A stretch of 64,000 bases of DNA, from positions 1 through 64,000 of the IMG/VR virus record IMGVR_UViG_3300045988_171958; one strand, given 5' to 3'. The stretch comes from a virus. Under the pieces are notes generated by a model. It was not told the DNA's origin. It saw only the letters and a list, made by a program, of their open reading frames with translations, and searched no databases. Shown in pieces: positions 44,381 to 52,373 of this stretch (position 1 is the stretch's first letter; each line of letters starts with the position of its first letter). A program made the translations under genes and the position numbers.

Positions 44381-44478
44381 CACCAGGAACAACAAAAAAT
44401 GCTTTAGACATATAATTTATAGTCTAAAGCATTTTCCAATCCCTGACCGCCCCAGGCGCTATTCTAGGGAATCCATGA
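44381..44478 (-). ncRNA. Conserved GC-rich structured 3'-UTR element, copy 4
   Basis: Starts immediately after stop 44479-44481. In the sense strand the core is AGCGCCTGGGGCGGTCAGGGATTGGAAAA (44432-44460). Inner hairpin ATGCTTTAGAC/GTCTAAAGCAT is followed by TTTTTT. The distal box GTTCCTGGTG lies at 44381-44390. Confidence 0.55.
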
Positions 44479-46245
44479 TTATGAATCTATTGATACTACT
44501 AATGGGTCACCAATAGTAGATGGAGCAACAGTTATTTCATCTTCTGGTCTTGGCAATACACCTGAAGAAATGAGTTTTCTAACTAAATGATCTGTCTTTT
44601 CTCCTAAAGCATCTGTATCAATATTCTTTATTCTAAAGAAGTACTTGAAGTGTGAATAGTCAGATAGTTGTACTCCATAAAGATAAGAAGTATCAAACCA
44701 TTTTCCTGCACCCGCATATATACCACAATGATTCAATATAGTAGATTCATTCTTTACACCTATATCACCAGGTTTAAGATCATCAACAGATATTCTTTCC
44801 CAATCATTATCACTGAATAAAGTGAAGAAGTCAACACACATGTTAGGTGTCTTTACATTCAATGCCTTCTTCATTACATATTTGATATATCCAGAACAAT
44901 CCAATCCATATTCTGGTTTGTCTTTACCATGTATCTTATAGAAAAGACCTGGTTGCATAAGTAAGCAGTTGTACATTACTTCTTGTCTCTTACTAGATAT
45001 AAGTGACCAGTCATGTTCCCAAAGTTCAAGAATAGTATTTTTGTCGTATGATGTAAAGCATCTGCCTTTGTCTTGGCCAAATTCAAAATCATCAGTATGG
45101 TAGATAGCATTCTTCTTCATGTATGCTTCTATCTTATCTATCACAATGTCAAACATATTATGCTTGATTTGTTGTGATATTCCTTGAACACCCGGACTTG
45201 AATTATATTCTATTACAAAGTCACCATCAGTACAAGCCATCAAGTCAATACCAACCCATCTGCATCCAGAAAGCTTAGCAACCTTCAATGCAATTTCTTT
45301 TTGCTTGTCTGTCATCTGGTATTCTTCTGTCTTAGCTCCTAATGAGACATTGCTTCTGAAGTCGCCACTTATCTTATCACGTTTCATACAAGCAAGTATC
45401 TCATAATTAGCACCATCAACGGAAAATGCATGTACACGAATGTCACCAGTATTCTCTTTATATTCTTGTATGATGAATTCTGCTTCTTTATCCACAGCAA
45501 ACATAGCTTGCAGTATTCCTTCTATTTCATCATGATTGCAGATGAATACACCAATACCAAGACTACCATTCAGTATCTTTACTACGTATTGTCTGTTTTC
45601 TTTCAGTTCATTTATGTTCTCATTATCTTTATAGATAGAATCAAGCATCTTCCAGAAACTTTCTCTAGTATCGTGGCATTCTGTATTCAAGTCCTCCATC
45701 AATTCTCTTGTTATCAGTACATATCCTGGCTGTGGAATATTTTCTTTAGCCAATAAGTTAGATGCAAGATACTTGTCAGATGCCATGATGATTTCATCTA
45801 TAGTATTCAGCATGAAGAAACCTTCATATTCAAATGCCCTCATCAACCCAATATAGTTTTTCTTATTGTCATCATTAGCTTGACCTTGGAATATGATAGT
45901 ATCATGAATGTTAGAATGTTTCAATGAGAAATGCATGTCTGTTATATCATCATCTATAGATATGATATGATTAGAATAAGTAAATCGTACTGTTGCTTTG
46001 TTCAACCATACAAGATTCAGCTTTCTCTTATGACAGCAAATAGTCAAATAATCTTGATAAGACCAATCTTCTTCTTTTTCTTCTGCCGCTTCATCGTAAC
46101 TCTTTACTTTCTTTTCTCCAACATAGAAGCATATTACATTCTTTATTTCTAACTTGGTATCATTTTTCAGAAGCGTCATTGCTTCATTTATGTTTGCATG
46201 CCCTATGTTCTTATATTCTTTTTCCATTTTATTTACAAAGTTCAT
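44479..46245 (-). CDS. RimK-like ATP-grasp ligase fused to a C-terminal NlpC/P60 cysteine peptidase domain
   Basis: ATP-grasp motifs: KILNGSLGIGVF, GDIRVHAF, GDFRSNVSLGA, VIEYNSSPGVQGI. NlpC/P60 motifs: GLDCSGYIKYV ... PGDIG ... NHCGIYAG. Confidence 0.7.
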   Translation of the reverse strand: MNFVNKMEKEYKNIGHANINEAMTLLKNDTKLEIKNVICFYVGEKKVKSYDEAAEEKEEDWSYQDYLTICCHKRKLNLVWLNKATVRFTYSNHIISIDDDITDMHFSLKHSNIHDTIIFQGQANDDNKKNYIGLMRAFEYEGFFMLNTIDEIIMASDKYLASNLLAKENIPQPGYVLITRELMEDLNTECHDTRESFWKMLDSIYKDNENINELKENRQYVVKILNGSLGIGVFICNHDEIEGILQAMFAVDKEAEFIIQEYKENTGDIRVHAFSVDGANYEILACMKRDKISGDFRSNVSLGAKTEEYQMTDKQKEIALKVAKLSGCRWVGIDLMACTDGDFVIEYNSSPGVQGISQQIKHNMFDIVIDKIEAYMKKNAIYHTDDFEFGQDKGRCFTSYDKNTILELWEHDWSLISSKRQEVMYNCLLMQPGLFYKIHGKDKPEYGLDCSGYIKYVMKKALNVKTPNMCVDFFTLFSDNDWERISVDDLKPGDIGVKNESTILNHCGIYAGAGKWFDTSYLYGVQLSDYSHFKYFFRIKNIDTDALGEKTDHLVRKLISSGVLPRPEDEITVAPSTIGDPLVVSIDS

Positions 46246-47287
46246 TTATAGCTTCTACTAACTTTTCAAAGAACTTACAATTAGTTTCTTCTATGTTAGG
46301 GTCATTGATAGGAGAGCTCGGTCCAGGTGCACCATTCAATTCTACTACTATAGTGTTTCCATTCTGTAATGGTAGCATGTCAACACCACACCATTCAAGA
46401 CCAGATGCTTTAGCAGCTGCTAAAGCCAGCTTTTCTTGTTCAGAAGTCATCTTGTAGTCATCTTCCATGTCACAACCAAGACTGAGATTAGTTCTGAAGT
46501 CTTTACCTTTCTTTCTCATGATAGAAGACAATATCTTTTGCTTACCATTCAATGTAAGTACATGAGCTCTGATATCACCATCTTTTATATCTTGAAAGTC
46601 TTGTATGAGTATTGGACAGTTTTCCTTCAATTTGAACAAACATTGCAATATAGATACAATGTTTTTGCCACGACAGCAAAACACACCTTTGCCACCATGT
46701 CCATTCAGAATCTTACAAACATATTTTAATCCATCATCAAGCTTACCATAGAGTTGCTTTAGCTTTTCATCTAGCTTCTTATGATCTTCTTTATCTATAT
46801 CACCAGAAGTTGCAAGTACATATTTTGGTTGTGGAAGTTCTGCTTTTGTCAAGAAACATGCAGTTGCATATTTATCAGATGACATAGCTACTGCTTCTGG
46901 ATTGTTCAATATCAGTATATCTAATTCTTGTATAGCATCAAGTAAAGCTGATATCACTTCCTTAGTATATCCACTACGCATCAATACTACTGTGTTCTTA
47001 GAATCTGCTTTAGTAAGTACTACATCTGGCAAGTCTTTCTCTCCACTATATATGTGTACTTTATCATCTTTGAAAGAAAAGTTGAGCTTGGTAGGATCTG
47101 CATATTCTACTTTTATCTTATCTCTCTTAAGCATCTTTACAGAATTCAAGTAAAGTTCACCTATCAATATTATTCTTTCTACTTTCTTAAGCTTAGTATG
47201 ATTTTCTACTTTACTGTTACTGTTTTTTTCTACTATATATTCTATAGATTTCAGTTCAGTAATGTAGTTTGTTCCATTGTACTTCAT
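46229..47287 (-). CDS. RimK-like ATP-grasp ligase
   Basis: KILNGHGGKGVFC, GDIRAHVL, KDFRTNLSLG and VVELNGAPGPS. The track start at 47293 is TTG, so ATG 47285-47287 is preferred. The ORF overlaps the downstream gene by 17 nt. Confidence 0.7.
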   Translation of the reverse strand: MKYNGTNYITELKSIEYIVEKNSNSKVENHTKLKKVERIILIGELYLNSVKMLKRDKIKVEYADPTKLNFSFKDDKVHIYSGEKDLPDVVLTKADSKNTVVLMRSGYTKEVISALLDAIQELDILILNNPEAVAMSSDKYATACFLTKAELPQPKYVLATSGDIDKEDHKKLDEKLKQLYGKLDDGLKYVCKILNGHGGKGVFCCRGKNIVSILQCLFKLKENCPILIQDFQDIKDGDIRAHVLTLNGKQKILSSIMRKKGKDFRTNLSLGCDMEDDYKMTSEQEKLALAAAKASGLEWCGVDMLPLQNGNTIVVELNGAPGPSSPINDPNIEETNCKFFEKLVEAINELCK

Positions 47288-47324
47288 TTTCAAATTGAAT
47301 AAATCTTATATATGTAAAAATACT

Positions 47325-47365
47325 TTTGAAAAGTTTATGCACACTTTACTATATTGTAAATATGT
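47325..47365 (+). promoter_or_regulatory. Promoter-family variant
   Basis: TTTGAAAA at 47325-47332 and TACTATATTGTAAATATGT at 47347-47365. Confidence 0.4.
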
Positions 47366-47381
47366 TAACTATGTTATAAAT

Positions 47382-47675
47382 ATGAGTAGAATAATAGAAA
47401 TAGAAAGAGATAGCAGACCAGTAAATATAAAAGTAGGATATCTTCCAACAGAAGAAACTACTGTATATATCAAATGGGCCATATATAAAAAGAAGCATAA
47501 GTTTCTTTGGAAGACTTGGTATACATTTGATTATGACTTGACTGTACCATATATATCAGAAAAGCCATTGTCCGCAGCAGAACGTGAATCTAACATCAAA
47601 TTAGAATTAGCTAGTATAGAAGTAAGGCATAGTATCTATCAGAGAATTTTAAGTAAAAAGATGCAATTAAATTGA
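47382..47675 (+). CDS. Hypothetical protein
   Basis: The track ORF starts at 47277, inside the divergent gene and promoter. Internal ATG 47382 (MSRIIEIERD) is preferred. Confidence 0.6.
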   Translation: MSRIIEIERDSRPVNIKVGYLPTEETTVYIKWAIYKKKHKFLWKTWYTFDYDLTVPYISEKPLSAAERESNIKLELASIEVRHSIYQRILSKKMQLN

Positions 47676-47707
47676 AATTTTCTATAAAGATTCTATATTT
47701 ATTATGT
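47671..47707 (+). promoter_or_regulatory. Extended Bacteroidota-type promoter
   Basis: ATTGAAAT at 47671-47678, N12, then TTCTATATTTATTATGT at 47691-47707. Confidence 0.5.
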
Positions 47708-47737
47708 ATTATTTAAAACATTTAAAATTTGATTATT

Positions 47738-48247
47738 ATGGTTATTGCAATTATTTTAATATTGTTATCAGTTTGCTTGTTCTTGGGTTATTGCATTTAC
47801 TCAACATTTAGTGAAAGCAATTTTGATATTATAAATGATATCAGATATGATAAGAAAGGTTTCTTTGGAAGTATTGCTGTTATCATTGTATGTTTGGTAG
47901 GAATTTACTTCTGCTTTGTAACACCTACTTCATTTATCAGAAATGAGTATGTACATAAGAATGGTACAATGACAGTAGTTGAATATTCACTTACAGGTGA
48001 TTCTACAACCAATACTAATGTTAAGTTGCCAAAGACTACTTATGGAACTGTAAAAGAAGTAAAATTCCATTCAAGACTTAATGGTAAGATTTGGAATTAT
48101 TATACTGATGTTACTGTTCACCTTAATGATGGTAGAGTACTTTATAAGGAGCTTAGTGGTAAGAGAAAGTCTATTAAGGAAGGCAATGGAATGTCATTGA
48201 CAGAAACATTCTATCCTTATTACGAAATGGAATTTACATTTAATTAA
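47738..48247 (+). CDS. Membrane protein (two N-terminal TM helices)
   Basis: MVIAIILILLSVCLFLGYCIY and GSIAVIIVCLVGIYFCFV. ATG 47738 is preferred over TTG 47729. Confidence 0.7.
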   Translation: MVIAIILILLSVCLFLGYCIYSTFSESNFDIINDIRYDKKGFFGSIAVIIVCLVGIYFCFVTPTSFIRNEYVHKNGTMTVVEYSLTGDSTTNTNVKLPKTTYGTVKEVKFHSRLNGKIWNYYTDVTVHLNDGRVLYKELSGKRKSIKEGNGMSLTETFYPYYEMEFTFN

Positions 48248-48254
48248 TATATAC

Positions 48255-48503
48255 ATGGAAGCAGTTGGATTTATCTTAGTAGGAATATTGATAGGTGCAT
48301 GTTTAGTCACTTTAATGTCATTATGGGTATATCATCAATCATGTCCAAATTATACAGAAAGAGAAACTGGAGTTATTTGGCACTTGAAAACAGTAGCAGC
48401 AGATGCATTTTCTGGTAAAGCTGTCTATATAATGCAATCTACTAAGACAGCAGAAGTATTAGCAATGAATATGCAAGATTTTAACAACAGGTTCAGACAA
48501 TAA
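48255..48503 (+). CDS. Small membrane protein
   Basis: 82 aa with the N-terminal TM segment VGFILVGILIGACLVTLMSLWV. Confidence 0.65.
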   Translation: MEAVGFILVGILIGACLVTLMSLWVYHQSCPNYTERETGVIWHLKTVAADAFSGKAVYIMQSTKTAEVLAMNMQDFNNRFRQ

Positions 48504-48518
48504 GTTTGAACCTGTTTT
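48488..48518 (+). terminator. Intrinsic terminator
   Basis: CAGGTTCA (48488-48495) pairs with TGAACCTG (48507-48514), followed by TTTT. The stop codon lies in the loop. Confidence 0.6.
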
Positions 48519-48543
48519 AGTCTAATTACTATATTAATATTAA
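48505..48543 (+). promoter_or_regulatory. Promoter-family variant driving the modification island
   Basis: TTTGAACC at 48505-48512 and TACTATATTAATATTAA at 48527-48543. Confidence 0.4.
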
Positions 48544-48576
48544 TATTAAAGTTTAATTAAAAAGAAAGAAGTAAAT

Positions 48577-49722
48577 ATGAGTTGGAAACCTAATTTTGAT
48601 TACAGCAACAAGAACATGAACTTTTATAAAGTTGGTTGTAATTTCGATCCTAAATTGATTGATGTTGCTGTAGAGTTGAATAAGAAATATAAGGGTAAGT
48701 CACAGATTGTAGAATTTTTTGGATCTGATGCAAGTAATGAAGTAGTAACTGCAAGACCAGGTTGGAGATTGCCAGATATTGATAAAGAATTCTTTGCAAA
48801 TTATGTAAAGAAGTTGAAGGATAACAATATCGCATTCAACTATACAATGAATTCAATTCAGCCTTATGGTTCAAAAATGGAAATGCTGAATCATAAGAAA
48901 GATATTCAGGATCTTGTAAAATGGCTAGAAAATATTGGTGTAGCACGTATTACTGTGGCAAACCCAATGATGTTACTTTTTATTAGAGAAGTATCAAATA
49001 TTGAAATTGAGATGTCATGTATTTCTCATATTGATACTGTGACTCAGTTGAAGTATTATCATGAAACATTTGGAGTAAATAAGTTCTGTAATTCAATTCT
49101 TAAGAATCGTAATAAGCATTTCTTAATTAATGCACAGAAGTATTGTGATGAAAATGGTTGCATATTAGAATGTATGGCAAATGAATTTTGTGGAGTAGCT
49201 GGTGTTGATGGAAATGGTACTCATTATGCCACACATTGTGTATTTAGAGATTCTTGCTATCTCTGTCATGCAACAAACAAGACAAAAGAGGATAGTATGT
49301 CTTACAATAATTATCCAATGGGATATTGTATGTCAGCACGTTCATCAACTCCAGAAGCTTGGCTTCGTATGAGATTCATTAGACCAGAGGATCAAAAAAT
49401 TTATCGTGAAAATACTGGTGTAAATTATTTTAAACTTTCTGGTAGAACTGGTACCACAGATTATCTTGAATACATTATGAATGCATATATGTCAGAAAAC
49501 TATGATGGTAATCTTCTTGGTTTGTGGAAACCTCTTTCATCAATTTATGATGGAAAAACAGAATTGAAATCTAAAACAGATATTGATATTCCAAATAAGA
49601 AGCTTGATGGATTCATCAATAAGTGGATGGATGGAAATGGATGGGAATGTGCTGACCAGATGTGTGGTACAACCTGTGATTATTGTGCAAAATTTGCTAA
49701 AGAACATAACTTATATGACTAA
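48577..49722 (+). CDS. Peptidase-U32-family-like protein (putative Fe-S, prephenate-dependent hydroxylase of the RlhA/TrhP/UbiU type)
   Basis: TIM-barrel-like order resembles U32 proteins: ..IVEFFGSD...R......F...V..L...NIAFNYTMNS ... VARITVANPMMLLFIRE ... IEMSCISHIDTV. A Cys cluster follows: LECMANEFCGVAG...HCVFRDSCYLCH. The PROSITE U32 pattern matches only approximately. Confidence 0.4.
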   Translation: MSWKPNFDYSNKNMNFYKVGCNFDPKLIDVAVELNKKYKGKSQIVEFFGSDASNEVVTARPGWRLPDIDKEFFANYVKKLKDNNIAFNYTMNSIQPYGSKMEMLNHKKDIQDLVKWLENIGVARITVANPMMLLFIREVSNIEIEMSCISHIDTVTQLKYYHETFGVNKFCNSILKNRNKHFLINAQKYCDENGCILECMANEFCGVAGVDGNGTHYATHCVFRDSCYLCHATNKTKEDSMSYNNYPMGYCMSARSSTPEAWLRMRFIRPEDQKIYRENTGVNYFKLSGRTGTTDYLEYIMNAYMSENYDGNLLGLWKPLSSIYDGKTELKSKTDIDIPNKKLDGFINKWMDGNGWECADQMCGTTCDYCAKFAKEHNLYD

Positions 49723-50038
49723 TATAACTAACTCTGATTTGAAACTTCTCAAATCATGCAGAGCAGAAATTACAAGAGGTGACCGGTCATTGGTCAACCT
49801 CTTGATTTCTAGAATGAATAATGCTATATTGATAGGAAGAATCAAGAAGAAAGCAGATGAACCTATTGTACAACCAGACAGATGGAATCATGTAATGAAA
49901 AATGTGCATAAGCAATTAGAAGGTTCAAGACTTAGTACTGAATATAAAGAAGAATTTGACTATCTTATTGATAGTATATTCAATATTATTCATGAAGTAT
50001 CATGTAAATTGCAAGAAAAGGATCATGACAATAGATAA
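49715..50038 (+). CDS. Chorismate mutase type II (CM_2)-like protein
   Basis: 107 aa from ATG 49715, overlapping the upstream stop in ATGACTAA. LKSCRAEITRGDRSLVNLLISRMNNAILIGRIKKK...QPDRWNHV...HEVSCKLQ aligns with EcCM R11, R28, K39, D48/R51 and S84/Q88. The E52 position appears to be W. Confidence 0.5.
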   Translation: MTNITNSDLKLLKSCRAEITRGDRSLVNLLISRMNNAILIGRIKKKADEPIVQPDRWNHVMKNVHKQLEGSRLSTEYKEEFDYLIDSIFNIIHEVSCKLQEKDHDNR

Positions 50039-51137
50039 GAAATTTGTAGACGACCACATGCAAGATAAGAATATCTTGTACATACCTATTATCTCTTCTA
50101 TAAATAGAGAGACAAACAAGTATAATTTGGATAGTGATGGAAATGTAGTACGTTTTATTACATTTTTTGAACATCATAAGAATTTCAATACTTTGACAAT
50201 ATTGCTTCCAAAGAATAATGAATCACATGATATCATTGACAGGTGGGTAAAAGACAATGATAATATTGAAATCATTTGGTCAGATAATTTTGGTAAGCAT
50301 GCTGGTGAACAAAGAAGTGATTCTGATGTTGTGAGTAAGATGGAGATGGAATTGTTTGAACTTATAAATAATCCAGATAATGATAATGATTTCAATATTG
50401 TAATGTTTGAAAGTCAATTTTTAGGAAATTTATTGGTTGACCCATATTGGTTTAAAGGATTTGAAAAGGTTTTCTGGTGTCCAGTTTGTAAGATTGATAA
50501 TGAGCATACAAGAAATTTCTTAGAGGGATATGATAATTTGAATAAGAAATTGTTTCAACTTTCGGATTGGTCAATTGTAGAAAGTCCAACACAACTCAAG
50601 AAATTCTCTTTACCAGAATGTTCAATATACCCTTATTATATGATGATGGATCGCAATCTGAAATATTTTGATTATATGACAGATTTTGGATTGAAAGATA
50701 CTATTAAAACAGTTAAGAATCTTGATACAGGTACTTATTCTATTTATTATATTCCTTATAGATTGACTGATGAAGGATATAAAGTAGATGATGTTATTTC
50801 ATATATTAATTATGACTATGCTGATGTGGTTGTTGTGTATTATACAGATCCAAACAATAGTGGAGCAATGGAAGATTTGAAGAAAAAATTCAATTCAAAT
50901 GTTGTTTTCATCAAATTATCAACAGATAGAAATACACATTTTACCATGTTGTCATCAGAAGATGTTGTTGTACCATACTTTGAAGATTTAGATTTCATCA
51001 ATCATGCAACTTTATGGGAAATGATGTCATCAAAATCAAGATGTCAATTTGGAATAACTAAGGAACAATATGATATGAATTCATATAATATGAAATCTTG
51101 TGATAGATGTTTCTATATTGATTTAAAGAATTTATAA
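50025..51137 (+). CDS. Divergent T4 beta-glucosyltransferase (GT63)-like protein, paralog A
   Basis: Phage YSIYYIPYRLTDEG compares with T4 BGT LDVIYGGSFRSGQRE, and FINHATLWEMMSSKSRCQF with FITLRVWETMASDAVMLI. ATG 50025 overlaps the CM stop. Confidence 0.4.
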   Translation: MTIDKKFVDDHMQDKNILYIPIISSINRETNKYNLDSDGNVVRFITFFEHHKNFNTLTILLPKNNESHDIIDRWVKDNDNIEIIWSDNFGKHAGEQRSDSDVVSKMEMELFELINNPDNDNDFNIVMFESQFLGNLLVDPYWFKGFEKVFWCPVCKIDNEHTRNFLEGYDNLNKKLFQLSDWSIVESPTQLKKFSLPECSIYPYYMMMDRNLKYFDYMTDFGLKDTIKTVKNLDTGTYSIYYIPYRLTDEGYKVDDVISYINYDYADVVVVYYTDPNNSGAMEDLKKKFNSNVVFIKLSTDRNTHFTMLSSEDVVVPYFEDLDFINHATLWEMMSSKSRCQFGITKEQYDMNSYNMKSCDRCFYIDLKNL

Positions 51138-51147
51138 ATGAAATAAA

Positions 51148-52371
51148 ATGAATCATGATAGTATTTTATTAAAAATCTTTTTTAATAAAGAGAATAAGAT
51201 AATTGGAGGAAAAGTAGCAAGGATAAAAAGAATATTCCCAAACATATTGTCTTATTTAAATAAAAGATATCCTGATTCATTTTCTTTAAAAGAAACTCTA
51301 ATTAGGATGAAATATCATATTGATGTTCATCCAAAATGCCCGGTTTGTGGAAATTTTACAAAGTTTTATGGGTTTAAAAATTTGATGTTTGCAAATCATT
51401 GTTCTAACAAATGTACTCAATTAGATAGTGAAACTAAAATAAAATTTAAACAAACTTGCTTTAAAAAATATGGGGTTGATGCTCCAATGAAATCTTCTAA
51501 AATAAAAGAAAAATCTAAACAAGTTTGTTTAGAAAAATATGGTGTGGAAAATATATCACAATTTTTTGAAACTAAAGAAAAATATAAACAAACTTGTTTA
51601 GAAAAATATAATGTTGATAATCCATTTAAATTAGAAAAAACGAAAATAAATTCACATTCAAAAGAAGCTAAAGAAAAGCAAAGAAAAACTTGTTTAGAAA
51701 AGTATGGAGTAGAAAATTCATTCCAATCAAAAGAAGTTAGACAAAAATATAAAGAAAATTATAAAAGAAAATATGGAGTAGAAAATCCATTTCAAAACGA
51801 AATAATAAAAGAAAAGATAAAACAAACTTGTTTAGAAAAATATGGTGTTGATAGAGCAATTAAAAGTGATTTGGTAAAAGAAAAATGTAAACAAACTTGC
51901 TTGGAAAAATATGGAAGTAGTTCACCAATGAAAAACCCATATATTGTAAATAAATCTATAAATAAGAGAATTCAAAACAATACTTGGTCTACTTCAAAAC
52001 CAGAAGAAGAATTGTATCTTTATATAAAAGAAAGATTTCCATCTGTAAAAAGACAGTATAAAGATAAAGAAAGATACCCATATTTTTGTGATTTCTACAT
52101 TCCTGAATTAGATTTGTTTTTAGAATTGAATGGGACTTGGACACATGGAAACCATCCTTATGATATGAATTCTAAAGAAGACAATTCTATATTAAATATA
52201 TGGAAAGAAAAATCTAAAGAACATCCTATGTATTTAAGTGCAATAAAAACATGGGTTGTAAGTGATGTAAATAAGAGAAATAAAGCAAAAGAAAATCATT
52301 TAAATTTTAAAGAAGTTTGGAATTTAGATGAAGGAAAAGAATTTATAAATAAATTAACTAGAAGAGAATAA
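51148..52371 (+). CDS. Homing-endonuclease-like protein: Zn-ribbon, 7 C.EKYGV.N repeats, and a C-terminal PD-(D/E)XK/Vsr-like motif
   Basis: CPVCGN...HCSNKC at the N-terminus. The ~30-aa repeat K..C..KYGV.NP.Q occurs 7 times. The C-terminus carries YFCDFYIPELDLFLELNGTWTHG. Confidence 0.55.
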   Translation: MNHDSILLKIFFNKENKIIGGKVARIKRIFPNILSYLNKRYPDSFSLKETLIRMKYHIDVHPKCPVCGNFTKFYGFKNLMFANHCSNKCTQLDSETKIKFKQTCFKKYGVDAPMKSSKIKEKSKQVCLEKYGVENISQFFETKEKYKQTCLEKYNVDNPFKLEKTKINSHSKEAKEKQRKTCLEKYGVENSFQSKEVRQKYKENYKRKYGVENPFQNEIIKEKIKQTCLEKYGVDRAIKSDLVKEKCKQTCLEKYGSSSPMKNPYIVNKSINKRIQNNTWSTSKPEEELYLYIKERFPSVKRQYKDKERYPYFCDFYIPELDLFLELNGTWTHGNHPYDMNSKEDNSILNIWKEKSKEHPMYLSAIKTWVVSDVNKRNKAKENHLNFKEVWNLDEGKEFINKLTRRE

Positions 52372-52373
52372 AG

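Noticed and set aside
49583-49714. 5' extensions of the chorismate-mutase-like ORF (49583) and of the next ORF (49956-50024).
   Set aside because: Both extensions lie entirely inside the preceding gene in another frame. The internal ATGs give compact stop/start overlaps typical of this operon, and the CM_2 similarity begins after ATG 49715.
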